Source: Macrostomum lignano
Lineage: Eukaryota
Direction of reading: 5' to 3'
Assembly: GCA_002269645.1 (NCBI GenBank)
Contig: NIVC01000352.1
Location: 62,001-126,000, forward strand
Length of the DNA stretch: 64,000 nt
The position numbers and the translations under genes are program-made. This document shows, in pieces, positions 49,601-61,976 of the stretch. The notes under the pieces are model-generated. The model had not been told where the DNA came from. It saw only the letters and a list, made by a program, of their open reading frames with translations, and did no database searches. Each line of letters starts with the position of its first letter. Within the stretch, counting starts at the first letter, position 1.

Positions 49601-49705
49601 CAGCGGCGGCAGCGGAAGCTGCAACAGCAAGATGAAGCAGCAACTCTGGAGCAGGTGTTCTGGCAGCACCTGGAGCCTAGCAGGAGCTGCTGCGGTGGAT
49701 TCTGA
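46681..49705 (+). CDS. Synaptotagmin-like protein: N-terminal TM + Cys/basic cluster and one degenerate C2 domain (tentative model)
   Basis: Exon 46681-46892 (TM LGLVALCALACVCCWRRKRK, phase-2 donor); phase-compatible mini-exon 47779-47807; exon 49077-49705 reads GTDAGLGQIQLGIRYDRRHRFLTVALLQAANL...HLGETWLDL (C2 strands). A possible extra exon lies at 47104-47400. Confidence 0.6.
47868..49002. repeat. Compound 30/31-bp minisatellite (CCCAGTCATTGGGGTGTGTTTCCAGACTCT / CCCTGCATTCATTGGTGTAGTTCCAGACTCT)
   Basis: Three variant domains inside the 47808-49076 intron. Confidence 0.95.
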
Positions 49706-50184
49706 CACTAAACAGCTCAAGGTGTCAAGGTGGACTGATCGGTGGACTGAAGAGTACAGTTCCTTTAAAAATTTCCCAGAACGCGCCATCCTGAGAAACG
49801 TGTGACCTTCATTTCTTAGACAGGCTTTAAAGTACAAAGTGTGTATCCAGTTAGCTGCATCACACTGAAATGCAGTTTACAATACACCTAATCCAATAAC
49901 AGGTAACTTTTAAACTCAAGAAACTTGGAGAATTGAAACGCAGGAAAGTTCTTCATTGGTGCATTATAGCAGAGAAATTATTTAGCTGCAGTTCAAAGTA
50001 ACACCGAGAGTGCATTTCTTGAGTGGACAACTCAAGTAAAGCTCAATGCAGAAATGCAAACAAACCATACAAATAAAGGGCTTATTGAGTTATAAAAACC
50101 ACAAAGCCGTGATTAAAATGCTTCATATTAGTCATAAAACCGTTGTAGTCTAGCAGGGGAATTTGCTCTGCCAAATTATTAAGT

Positions 50185-53100
50185 TCACGAATTTTTGGCT
50201 ACAACTAAGTGCAGACTGCGCAGCATCTTCACTAGTTTGAAATCGTCATCGCTGAGCTGCGATGTGTCCACCTTGGCAACAGATGAGTTGTCCTTAGCAA
50301 CTGGCGAGGCCTTAGCAACCGACGAGTCCTTAGCAACCGAAGAGTCCTTAGCAACCGACGAGTCCTTAGCAACCGACGAGTTTGTCTTAGCAATAGGCTT
50401 CTTTTCTTCAGTAGCTAACGTATTCTCCTTAGCAACCAACGAATTCTCCTGAGCTGGTCCCGTAGCAACCGGTGCCTCAATAACACTGGAATTTTTATCT
50501 GGCGCTGGCAACTCGGCCCATACGCTGTCGTTCATAGGAGCGCATTCCAGAAACCGGGTCACTCGCTTCTTAGCATCCCCCTGCACAGCCGATTCGGGCC
50601 TGTACAGCCAGTAGAAACGGCACTGCAAGCTGGCCGACAGCTTGCGCACCGACGACAGGCAGCGGTGGAACTCGAAGAAGCCCAGGTCGTCGGGCGAGGG
50701 CGCAGACGGCGCCAGCAGCAGGTCAATCGGCAGGGCGGCACCGAGACGGTCGTCTTCCAGCAGTTCTACATCACCGAGATTGACAACTTGGCTGTCGTTG
50801 TTGATAGACGCTGTTGATTTTGCCGACAGACTAGAGGCCATCAGCAAAGTGGAGGTGAGCCCAGCTGCCTGCAGCAGCTTTAAGCTGAGCCCCTGCTGGT
50901 CGAACAGCACCAGGACGCGCAGCAGGCGAGTTGGGCTAGATTCGCGATCGAGCTGAGGCCTGAGGGGGTGGGTACACGGTGTGGCTGAGGCTTAAGCCCG
51001 TCGGTAACCAGTGGTCCGAACTGAAGTATCTGAGTTTGTCAAGACTGATGGGGAATATTCCCACCTGAGGGATCAATACATCTACACGGATGGGAAAAAT
51101 TCCCACCTGAGGGATCAATATGTCAAGACTGATGGGAATATTCCCACCTGAGGGATCAGTGTATCAACACGGATGGTGAATATTCCCACCTGAGGGATCA
51201 ATATGTCAAGACTGATGGGGAATATTCCCACCTGAGGGATCAATATGTCAAGACTGATGGTGAATATTCCCACCTGAGGGATCAAGACGTCAAGACTGAT
51301 GGTGAATATTCCCACCTGAGGGATCAATATATCAACACGGATGGGAAATATTCCCACCTGAGGGATTAATATATCAACACGGATGGGAAATATTCCCACC
51401 TGAGGGATCAATATATCAACACGGATGGGAAATATTCCCACCTGAGGGATCAATATGTCAAGACTGATGGGGAATATTCCCACCTGAGGGATCAATATGT
51501 CAAGACTGATGGGGAATATTCCCACCTGAGGGATCAATATGTCAATACTGATGGGGAATATTCCCACCTGAGGAATCAATATCAACACGGATGGGAAATA
51601 TTCCCACCTGAGAGATCAGTGTGTCAGGACTGATGGGGAACATTCCCACCTGAGGAATCAATACGTCAATACTAAATAGGATTGGGGGATCATAACTGAA
51701 TGACGTCAGTAGCCTGGCCTGTCAGGACGCAGGCAATAACAAAACTGTTACTAAACACAGTGCAAAACAAGTCTGATCTGTCCTTACCGACCAGCGGGTC
51801 GCAGCAGGCCCATCGGAGCGGACATGCACAGACAGCAAATCCAGTCAGTAGCGTCAGGCTCCAAGTAGGTGGCCAGGGCCCAGGCGGCCGGGCCGACAAG
51901 AAGGGTGAGACAGGCCTGCGGGAACACGGATACGGCTGATGACAGTCATCGGGATGTGGACAAGATCAGATAGGATGCAGACAAGATCAGAGAGGATGCG
52001 GACAGGATCAGAGCGGATGCAGACAAGATCAGAGAGGATGCAGACAAGATCAGAGAGGATGCAGACAAGATCAGAGAGGATGCGGACAAGATCAGAGAGG
52101 ATGCGGACAAGATCAGATAATGTAGGCAAGATCTGAGAGGATGCGGACAAGATCAGAGAGGATGCAGACAAGATCAGAGAGGATGCGGACAGGATCAGAG
52201 TGGATGCGGACAAGATCAGAGAGGATGCGGACAGGATCAGAGTGGATGCGGACAAGATCAGAGAGGATGCGGACAAGATCAGAGAGGATGCGGACAAGAT
52301 CAGAGAGGATGCAGACAAGATCAGATAGGATACGGACAAGATCAGAGTGGATGCGGACAAGATCAGAGAGGATGCGGACAGGATCAGAGTGGATGCGGAC
52401 AAGATCAGAGAGGATACGGACAAGATCAGAGCGGATGCGGACAAGATCAGAGCGGATGCGGACAAGATCAGAGAGGATGCGGACAAGATCAGAGAGGATG
52501 CGGACAAGATCAGATAATGTAGGCAAGATCTGAGAGGATGCGGACAAGATCAGAGAGGATGCGGACAGGATCAGAGTGGATGCGGACAGGATCAGAGTGG
52601 ATGCGGACAGGATCAGAGTGGATGCGGACAAGATCAGAGAGGATGCGGACAAGTCAGAGAGGATGCGGACAAGATCAGATAATGTAGGCAAGATCTGAGA
52701 GGATGCGGACAAGATCAGAGAGGATGCGGACAAGATCTGAGAGGATGCGGACAAGATCAGAGGATGCAGACAAGATCAGAGAGGATGCGGACAAGATCAG
52801 AGAGGATGCAGACAAGATCAGAGAGGATGCGGACAAGATCAGAGAGGATGCGGACAAGATCAGAGAGGATGCGGACAAGATCAGAGAGGATGCGGACAAG
52901 ATCAGAGAGGATGCGGACAAGATCAGAGGATTGCGGATGAAGCCATGAAGCCGGTAATACCTGGCAGAACAGTCGTTTGCAGCCTGTGCAAGTGGCCGCC
53001 TGCACGCGCAGCGCATCGCGCACACAGAGCAGGCGCGGGCGCCCACGCCGATGACGGCAGCGGCAAGGGCGTCATTTACCCGGCGGCTGCAGGGCTGACA

Positions 53101-54829
53101 CAGCTGGCCAGCGAATACGGGATGCTGGATAGCCGGGTCGCTGGCCGCCGAGCCGCCGCAGGCCAGACAGTAGTCAGGCTCGTTGATCCGGCTGCGCCTG
53201 TAGTTCCGCATCAGCTGGTCTGTGATAGGACGCGAACCCGGTACCTCCAGGCAATCGTTATCGTGGCTACCGCCGCTGCTACTGCCACTGGGACCTCCGC
53301 TTCTGTCTTCTCCCTCTCTCTTCTCCTTTGTTCCGACAGCTTGGTTAGGCTTTTTGCAGCCCCGTCCCACTGTTGAAGCGGCGGTCGCGCTCTGCTCAAA
53401 GTCGGAGTCGCTGTCGACCGCGGCGGCGGCTGATGTGACTGGACGACTCTGTGCAGCTGGGATGAGATGGTGCATCGAAGCATTTCATTGCGCAGTGCGT
53501 GGCGTTACCTTCAAGACCAAAGCATCAAACAGGACCCAGGGTCTTGCGCTATGGACAACCAAGGCAGAAGGACGCTGGACTGAAGCCAGCAGGTGTTTCG
53601 TCCGAGCTGCGCTCACAAGTTTATCAAGCTGTTTTTTTAACTGCTGCCGGAGACCGGCAAGCAAGCAAAGTTGCGGCGAAATTCCAGCTGCTCCTGTCTC
53701 TGCAGGACGGATTTGTCTATGGTAAAAACCTGCATAGTTTTATGTATGTAAAAAACCAAATCTCTGCAGTCGTTTAGAAAAGCTCTCCAATGATTTTTTA
53801 AACTTTTTTCTCTTGAAAAAAACTTGTGAGCGCCCCTCGGAGAAAACACCTGCTGGCTTCATCTGCAATTCGGAAGTCCAGCAGGTGAGGTATTGGGAAT
53901 TCAGTGCAGAAAAACTGAAAACTTCTTATCTCGCCAATGCATTCATATTCATACATGCGCAACTGCTGGCCAACCTGGCCGATCCGGCCACCGTAAATTG
54001 TGGTGGACCAGGTGGACCAAGTCGCATTTTTTATAAAAAAAGTAAGTCGTATGGCCAGTGTAAATCAGGGGGGGGGGGTTGCGCATGCATGTTTATAAAG
54101 ATTTCTTTTTTATTATTTAATATTATTGAGGGGTGTTTAAATTATTTTCTTGTTTTAGAAGTAGACCATATCTGTAGACGAACATGGATTTCATAAGACA
54201 GCAGCTAAACACTGACCAGGCGCGCCGCTTCTAACGTAGGAACGCCGGTGCCGCTCGCGCATGCTGTCCAGGCAGCGCTCGGCCCACTCGGACAGCCGAC
54301 AACCGTCGCCGCCGTTCAACAGCGCCTGCTGGCCGGCCTCCAGCTCGGCTAGCGACTCTCGTAGCCGGCCAAGCGCAACCCGGCTGGTCAGGGCGCCGCG
54401 CGCCAACAGCTCGTCCAGCAGGCGGACTAGGCCGCGTTGCTGCATCGAGCCGCTAGCGGGGGCGCCAGCACCAGCCGCAGGCAGATGGACCAGGGCTTTC
54501 TGGCTGCTCAGTGGCAGCAGGGATTTCTGAGCAACTTCGGACACTTTGCCTTCGGCTAGCCAAAGCAGCCAGCGCCAGCCTGGCCGAGCCGGGCGAAGGT
54601 GGCAGCGCCAGCCGGACACAACCATGCCGGGATAATGGCGCGCACCCCATGGCGCCCAGGCCAGAGCGCCGAAGTCTTCAACTAGCTCGCCCGACTGGGG
54701 GGCCAGCATGTTGTCAGCGGAGCTGACGGCGTTGCCCGATTCGTTGTCGGATGCGGATGAAGAGTCAGACGACTCATTGTAGTTGTTGCTGACAGGCCTG
54801 GGTCGCTTGGTTGCGCCGCGGGAAGGCAT
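50185..54829 (-). CDS. DNMT3: DNMT3-family protein (PWWP + ADD + catalytically degenerate, truncated MTase domain), 4 exons, about 670 aa, with an apparent 1-nt frameshift at about 53019
   Basis: Exons 54217-54829, 52961-53456, 51788-51915, 50185-50959 (phases 1,0,2 consistent). PWWP: ALAWAPWGARHYPGMVVSGW...RWLLWLAEGKVSEV. ADD: CLACG..HPVFAGQLCQPC-19aa-CSVC..CTGCKRLFCQACLTLLVGP..WICCLC..GLLRP. MTase-like: LRVLVLFD..LGDV..PIDLLL..FFEFHRCL..FYWLY..VTRFLECAP..VWAELP. Confidence 0.88.
51045..51665. repeat. 42-bp minisatellite (GGAATATTCCCACCTGAGGGATCAATATGTCAAGACTGATGG), DNMT3-like intron 3
   Basis: About 15 tandem units. Confidence 0.95.
51955..52930. repeat. 21-bp minisatellite (GATCAGAGAGGATGCGGACAA), DNMT3-like intron 2
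   Basis: About 45 tandem units with a recurring taatgtaggc variant. Confidence 0.96.
53950..54091. mobile_element. Minimal (142-bp) MITE family B copy in DNMT3-like intron 1
   Basis: catacatgcgcaac ... gttgcgcatgcatg; internal sequence matches both ends of the 6781-7646 element; TSD not clearly preserved. Confidence 0.8.
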
Positions 54830-55035
54830 CGCTCAGCTCTGTTGGCTGCAAAGCGGTCATGTAGAATAAAAGAATATGCTGCCCATACAGACTTCCAGAC
54901 TTTCTCAGTGTCAGCTGGCTATATTTTTGATAATGCTCAAATATATTTTCTTATATATTGCTTATAATATTTTTTTGCTATTGGACAATAAGAATCATAT
55001 TTTGGGCTTAAAGATATTGCTGCAGTCTAACATCT

Positions 55036-55230
55036 AGGGGTTGTAGCCTAGTGTTTAGAGGGTCAGATTCACAACTAAAAGGCTAGGGTTCCATTCTCAA
55101 CCCACTTAGAACAATTTGTGACCTTGAGAAAGACTTACTTAACTCTGCATTGCTTCAGTTCACCCAGTTGTAAAATGGATATGAATTAGCAGGGGTAATT
55201 GAGGGGGTATGTGTGTGGCAACCCCCTAGT
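55036..55230 (+). mobile_element. Degenerate tRNA-derived SINE
   Basis: A-box-like tagcctagtg, degenerate B-box ggttccattc, followed by gtgaccttgagaaagacttacttaactct...ttgcttcagttcacccagttgtaaaatgg, resembling conserved invertebrate SINE cores. Confidence 0.55.
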
Positions 55231-58200
55231 TGTCAGACTTATAATTTATAACCAAAATAATTCAGTAATCAGTTAAAATAAAAAATATTAATTTATATCT
55301 TGCTTGTTGCATTTGTACTTTCTTATTATATAGCCCCTATAGCTTGGCTAATTTACTTTATTTTATCTTCTTTACACTATTTGCTAGGCCTATATAGTCC
55401 TAAATAACATACTTATTATTATTAAAATTAATCGAAAAAGATAATGGTTAGATATATAACTATATTAAGGCTCTATGGCCTTAATAAGATACAATCTATA
55501 TTAAAAAATGAATTTAAACAAAGTAAAAATTACTTAGTAAGCATTCTCAAAATCCACTTTAAAAACAGTGATTTCCCAGGCCTAACTTTTAAAGCATTTA
55601 GAAATATATTATAAAAGTTATAAATGGGCTAAAAGTTAGCAATGGTCTAAAAGTTCTAGTCCAACTAGAGCTATTTGATTCTATTTATTGTTGATTTATT
55701 TCTATGTATATTATTTTGATGAACGAGGAGAATGAGGTAGGTGTGCACATTTTATAATCAAAGCATTGAGCTAAGAATGTTACTATTGACTCTTGACTCA
55801 TTTTTACAAAAATAAAAGAATTTAGAAAACTAGGGCTACAAAAAATAATTATGATATATAATTATAATAGTTTATAAAAAATATTCCAAAATGTAATATA
55901 TGTCTATCTATCAGTTTATCAATCTATCACCCTTTTGACTATTGCCTTTTTGACTATCATCCTTTTGATTAGTATCTATCTATACTCATACCTAGCTAGT
56001 CCCGAGTCTATTTTGGTATTCTATATAAAAGTTCAAGTTATAAATATGTACCTATTGCTTTATAACTAAAATGGCTATTATTAAAAATGCAATGTTACCA
56101 AAGTAGAAAGTACTAAAGTGGCTATTACAAAAGTTGATTATTATTACCATTTAAGTTCTATAGCCTATTGTTATATGCAACATATTGGGCTTATTAATAT
56201 TATAATGCCAAATTTAATATAGTTGTTACTGTGAGGAGTAAAAGTTAAGGCTTATAATTTATATTATATGCATTGAAACAAAAATAGGCCTATTGTATCA
56301 ATGTAGGCCTAGTAATAAAAAAGCAAAATTTTTATGCTATAAGACACACACAGACAGTCAACAGACAAAAGACAGTTTTCATTTTTATAGGTAGGCCTAG
56401 AGATAGCAGTCTATAGGCCCAAATTTTTATATCACTTTTTAACTTCCATGCAAGAGTAAAAACACTGCTCAAGATGACAAGGGTGCTTATTAGGATTTTA
56501 AAGTTGTTGTCTTATGCCTTATGGTTTTACACCAAACTTGTCAAAATCTAATTTGTCAACGGACATAAAATTTAAAAAGAAATTGAATTTGTCAACAGTT
56601 AAAACAAACTGAGCAAATTTGTCAACAACAAGACAGACTTACTAAAAAGCTTATTCTTTAGCATAAGTTTCTATAATTTGATGAGCAAAATATTGTAAAG
56701 ACTTTAACAAGACTTCATAAGTGCATACTCTAAATGCTATTGTGCATACACAACTCAAATCTAACAAATTGGGCAATCAATACTATGTAGCCCCAACATA
56801 ATACTACATTCTACTTAGTTGAGTATCCAGATATAAGTATATCAAGAGCTAGTCTATTGGGTGTTTGTGTGCTACATATGATTTATTATACTTTATTGCA
56901 TCTTTATAGTGAAGCAAGTCACTTTAATTCAATTTTTATTCCAAGTTTGTTTATCTCCTTAACCATTAACAAAGGTTTTGTTTGAGTATGACTTTAGATT
57001 CCAAAATGCGTATAAAAATAGTTCCAGGCAGATTTATTGCAATTTAGTGGACTTAAAATCCACAGGCTTTAACAGGTTCTAAAAAATATATAGGCCTATA
57101 TCAAATAAAACCATTCACATTTGTTATCTTATATGTATTGTCTCAATAGGCTTTTGTATTTCAATTTTTAGCATAGGGCCTATAGTAAAAATATACTAGC
57201 TAGTTAATAGCATATTGTCAGGTAGGCCTAACCAAATTTGTCAACAATGCTTGGTAAGGTAAACTGCTGTAGATGTTGACAAATTGGGTGGCAGTGGCAC
57301 CCATGGTTCTGGTTGGTTAGGCCTAGAAGACCTAAAAAGGAAAAGGCAGTGTCAACATAAACTTAGAGTACAGTCTAGGTTTAATACGCTAATCTGTCTG
57401 GGTTTCCCCACATATTTTCTAAAGTCTACTACTATTTAACAATAGAAATGAACAAGGCGGATATATAATAGGCCTATAATTAAATAGCTAGCATATCGTT
57501 AGAGCTAGCTGTGCAGCATTTCTTAGTGTATAGTAAGGCCTAGTATATATTATTTATTAGTACTGTACTGTATAGCACAAGCAATATAATTATTAATGGT
57601 ATTCTCCTATGCTGCATCCACTGCTCGGCAGAGCTCGTAGACAGAGGACCGGCTTCTAGGTTGGTTGGACAATTCTTAATGAAAGATTGAAACTTTGAAA
57701 GATAAAGAAATGTCTATGAAGGCTAAGCCTCTTTATAGCTGGAATGGCCGGCGTCGGCTCAGCGTGTCGGCTCACTAGACGCATTTAGAGCGGAGCGGTA
57801 CAGCGCGCATTATCCCTTCTAGTCGGACCAAATTTGTCCGCTTTATACCGTCTAGACGGTAGGGTATAGTATAGGACCCCTGGTCGGCTCACGGCTCAAT
57901 GTTTTAAATACGCGCCATCTTTTAAATCTTTTTATAAGACGAGATTTACTTATAGCTTAGAAGGGTGGAAAGCTTAGAAGCCGTAAAAATATTCGGCTTT
58001 GAAGATGAGGAAGAGCTGACATCATTTAAGTAGATACGTGTCAGTATTTTCCCTTTTTATAGTGGAAGTGGTCACATAGTCGCACGAATTTAAAACCTGT
58101 ATATTTTTGGTACATAATTTAAAAATTCCTGTTGATCTGGAATCTGGATTATAATGATTAAGTTAGGTGCCTTCGTGCCTAGCATTACAATAATTTATGT

Positions 58201-59029
58201 TGAATTGAATAGCTCAAATCTGAGAAAGATTTGGGCAGTCAGAACTCAGAACCGATATTATAATCATTCGTCTCTTATTAATATTTATTTTAGGGCCTAG
58301 TTAGGCCTAAGCTTAAGCCAATGTATTAGTTTATAATTATATGATGTCCTTGCCCTGTGCTGTGACATGGTTTGGTTTGTAGTATGCGTGGCCTAATGTT
58401 AGGGCCATTTCAACTAAGGCAGCCTAAGGCTTTAAAGTGACCCAACAGCCAACCAGAAATTTCTTAGGGGGCTTGCTTGGTATAAGACCAAGCTGGCCAC
58501 GCCCACACATCACACACCAAGATGGCCGCAACATTAAATCTCTATTATATCTACTCTCTCTATCATTAATTAGCAACTTCCATATACTAAAAATCAATAG
58601 CTATTGTTATAGGCCTAATAATTATTTGCTTATGCCTAGTCAATCATGTTTATATTATAAATACTGATAGACTAATAGTAATAGATTTGAAACTAGGCCT
58701 AATTACCCATAATACAAAAAACTTTATTTTTTTTAGTCATTAATTTTTGTGCCAATTTATTCCTTATCATTACATTTATTAAATTTATTAATATCAGTTT
58801 ATCAAGAAACCATTGCTAGGCCTAGGCCTAGTAAATAGGTTAGGGTTAGGGTTAGGGGCCTAGGGTTAGATAATCTACTTTGGTAATAGCCATTTCAGTA
58901 ATAGGCTTATGTATTGGTTTTCCAACAGAAATTCAGTTAGACATTCAGAAATTTTTTAGTAAATGTTTAACAAAATTGTCTATTTAGTACGCAAGACAAT
59001 ATAAATTTTTAGACTTTTTTACACATGTC

Positions 59030-59520
59030 TCTGCTTTAAAAAGACACATCAGACGTACACAAGGACACTTCATAAGCTGAGATATTCCCTAGCAATGGTT
59101 GTTATAGCATTTTGCAATATACCTAACACTGTCTATGGTCGTTTTTTAAAGAGTCACTATATCGTCGCACTTTGCTCTTTCTGAATGAAATTGCACAGCT
59201 GCTTTACGCATGTCTTTAGGCCTACTTTAAAATGACATATCAGACACACACAAAGACGCTTCACAAGCTGAGACAATGTTTTTAAAAAAAGCCTAGCAAC
59301 AGTTGTTACAACATTTTCTAGATATACCAAATGCTGTTTGATGTTGCTGTTTGAATCACATAACCATTTTTTCAGAAGCTGTGCTATTTCTGTAAGAAAA
59401 TTGCACTATTGCTTTACACATTCCTCACTATAAAAAGACACATTAAAGACCAACAAAGATGTTTCACAAGCTGAGGTATTCTTTAGCAACATTTGTTACA
59501 ATGTTTTCTAAATACTTAGT
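59030..59520. repeat. Old degenerate tandem repeat, about 200-bp period, 3 copies
   Basis: ...cttca(t/c)aagctgag...agcaa..gttgtta.a.catttt recurs near 59065, 59260 and 59463. Confidence 0.65.
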
Positions 59521-59804
59521 TTACCAATGCCTGTCTTTGGCATTTGCACATTCTCTAGTTGTTCGGTGGGCAATTTTGCTTACCCTTATTGGAGCTGTCA
59601 ATTGCAAATCACTTCAAGACTGATTTGCTTCTGCAGTAGGCAGATTGATTTCTTAAAGTGATACCTGATATTCTCTAGTCATAATTGCTTCTTCTTGGAA
59701 GACTCAGCAGAGTTGCAAATTTTCTTTGCCATTTTGAGAGTAAGGTCTTACTTTCTTTTAGTAGTCATTCGACAACTTTGCTATCTCAATGACTTGTGAC
59801 AATC

Positions 59805-60800
59805 CAATCAGGTATATTTAGGTATATCAGGTATATTAGGTAGCTGCAAGGGGCGTCCAGTGGATGTAGCGAGGAGGCAGAGGGAACCGCCCATTTCGCT
59901 AGTCCCTGGCAACCAATGACTTCCATTGAAGTGATGTCACCCAGGGGGACCCGTCGCTCTTGCTTGCAGCGCGGTCCTCCCCACTGGCGGTAGGGAAGAA
60001 GTCAGCTCATCCCATGTCCCTAAGGTACAGGGTGAGTAGTGGGATGCTCTCGGGCCTGCAAATGTCGGAGAGAACTTGGTTTGGCCCAAGGTGAGTGAGC
60101 CTGGCCTTGGTGAAAACCGGGCAGTGGCAGATAAAATGCTTGGCGTTTTCACTGCCTGAGCAGCAGAAGGGGCACTGCTCCTCAGGTACTTGGCCCTGAA
60201 GGAAATGGTGGCAAGAGAAGCAGCCATGCCCAGAAAGGGCCTGCTAACTGCTCTAAGGTCTCTGTGGTTGAGCCTGAGGAGGGCTCTACTCAGGAGAGGA
60301 GAGGGGCAAAGGATGGCCGCATGGGATTGCCTACAATTCTGAGTGTCGTGCCACCTGCGGAGATGCTCGGAGTCAGTCCAGCACTTAATGCAGGAGTTGA
60401 TCACCAAAGCGGGGATGGGGGCTCCCGGGCCTGGCCATAGCAGCACGCCGGCGAAGCCAGCCTTGGCCAGCAGGTCAACGCGCTCGTTGCCAAGGAAGCC
60501 GGCGTGGCCCGGGATCCATCTGAGCTTCACCTGGTTGCCTAGCGCAAGCCTGTTGAGTTGGGTGTTGCAGTCCAGGATGGACCTGGAGCTGGCAGTGCTG
60601 CGGCAAAGGGCCCGAAGGGCTGCTTGGCTGTCAGAGTGAAAAATAAATTTCCAACTGCTAAGCTGCCTTTGGCGCAACTCTGCCGCGTAGGAGCTGATGG
60701 CAAGCACCTCGCTCTGAAAAACACTGGAGTTGAGCCCAGTGTGCTAGGAGTAGCTCCACCCAACTTCTCCCTTGAAGAAGATGCAAGCTCCGAAGCCTGA
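59805..60800 (-). mobile_element. 5'-truncated non-LTR retrotransposon (RNase H-bearing, I/Loa/Tad-like): RNase H, CCHC knuckle, 3' UTR and short-repeat tail
   Basis: QSEVLAI, IFHSDSQAAL, VKLRWIPGHAGFLGNERVDLLAK; shifted-frame CPFCCSGSENAKHFICHCP; tail (tacctaa/tacctga)n at about 59805-59845; frameshifted. Confidence 0.85.
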
Positions 60801-61976
60801 AAGCCTGAAAATAAATGCTAATAGTGATATATTCTTTATTAGATTTAGAAATTTCATAGATTTTATTCTTGTTCTTGCATCTTTATTTAGAGAATCAATC
60901 AAAAAGTGACAGATCGAAAAGGCAATAGTCTAAAGGGCCATAACTATAACAAATACATATATTAGCCTTGTATTTATTAAAATGTATAATAGGCCCAATT
61001 AAAATATATTAGACTTCTACTATTATTCTACATGCATATATATTGATACTAAGGCAGGCATTATTTTAAATAGCTATCAAAATTTATGTTGCTTAGAAAT
61101 AAGAATAAACTTTATTTGAGTATAATATTTGTTATTTTTGCCTTTCAATGTCAATGTCATTTAACAACTATTTTATTTTAAAAGCTTTATGCATTAATTT
61201 TAGACAAAGATAACATGAAACAAGTCATACTTGCCTTCCTATATTCATGTCTAAAAAAGTTGCAAAGATTATTAACAATATTTAGCAAGTACTAAGAGTA
61301 AGAGATTAGACTCAGACTAGCAATCTAGTGCCCCCTTTAGGATGCCCAATAAGCAAAGAACAAAAATATTCATGCAAATTCATTAAAAAGCACATTTTCT
61401 TAAGAACCAATTCTTTTTTCAGTTTTATAAATCACCTTATTTGTGTAAACTTCTCATAGGCAAAGATTTTTATGTTTATTATGAATTTGTTTCTAAAAAA
61501 TAACAAAAGGACAACAAAATAAAGCCTTCACAAAGATAACAAGTATTCCCCTTATATAGAAAGCATCTCCTAGACTGCAAACATCCTTCTAAATAGCATG
61601 CATCTCTAGATGGCAAGCATCCCCCAATAATAAGTATCTCACAATGGCAAACATCCCTTAGATAGCAAGCATAGTAAGCACCCCCCATATAGCAAGTATC
61701 ATCAGAAAAATAGTATATTTCCATCATTGGAAGTCTTAGTAATTATTTTTGTTATAAATTAACAGCTTTATAAAAATCTCTTATATGAATTCTATTTTAG
61801 TTACTTTTAGTTGCTTAATGTAGTTAATTGTTCCAGTATGTGATGGCTCGGCACTTCACTGCATGCCAACTGCTGCGCATACGCAGAGCCGGTAGACCTG
61901 CCCTGTTTTCCTGGTCTGGTCCGCCAGATACTTACCCATCCAGCCAGTGCCTGCAAACCCCTTATCTCGCTTTACA

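Noticed and set aside
50185-50959. Active DNA methyltransferase
   Set aside because: Catalytic Cys (PC), ENV and motifs IX/X are missing; treated as a pseudo-enzyme instead.
15172-52930. Shared AGATC core in several minisatellite units as evidence of common origin
   Set aside because: A 5-mer match among otherwise unrelated units is too weak without statistics.
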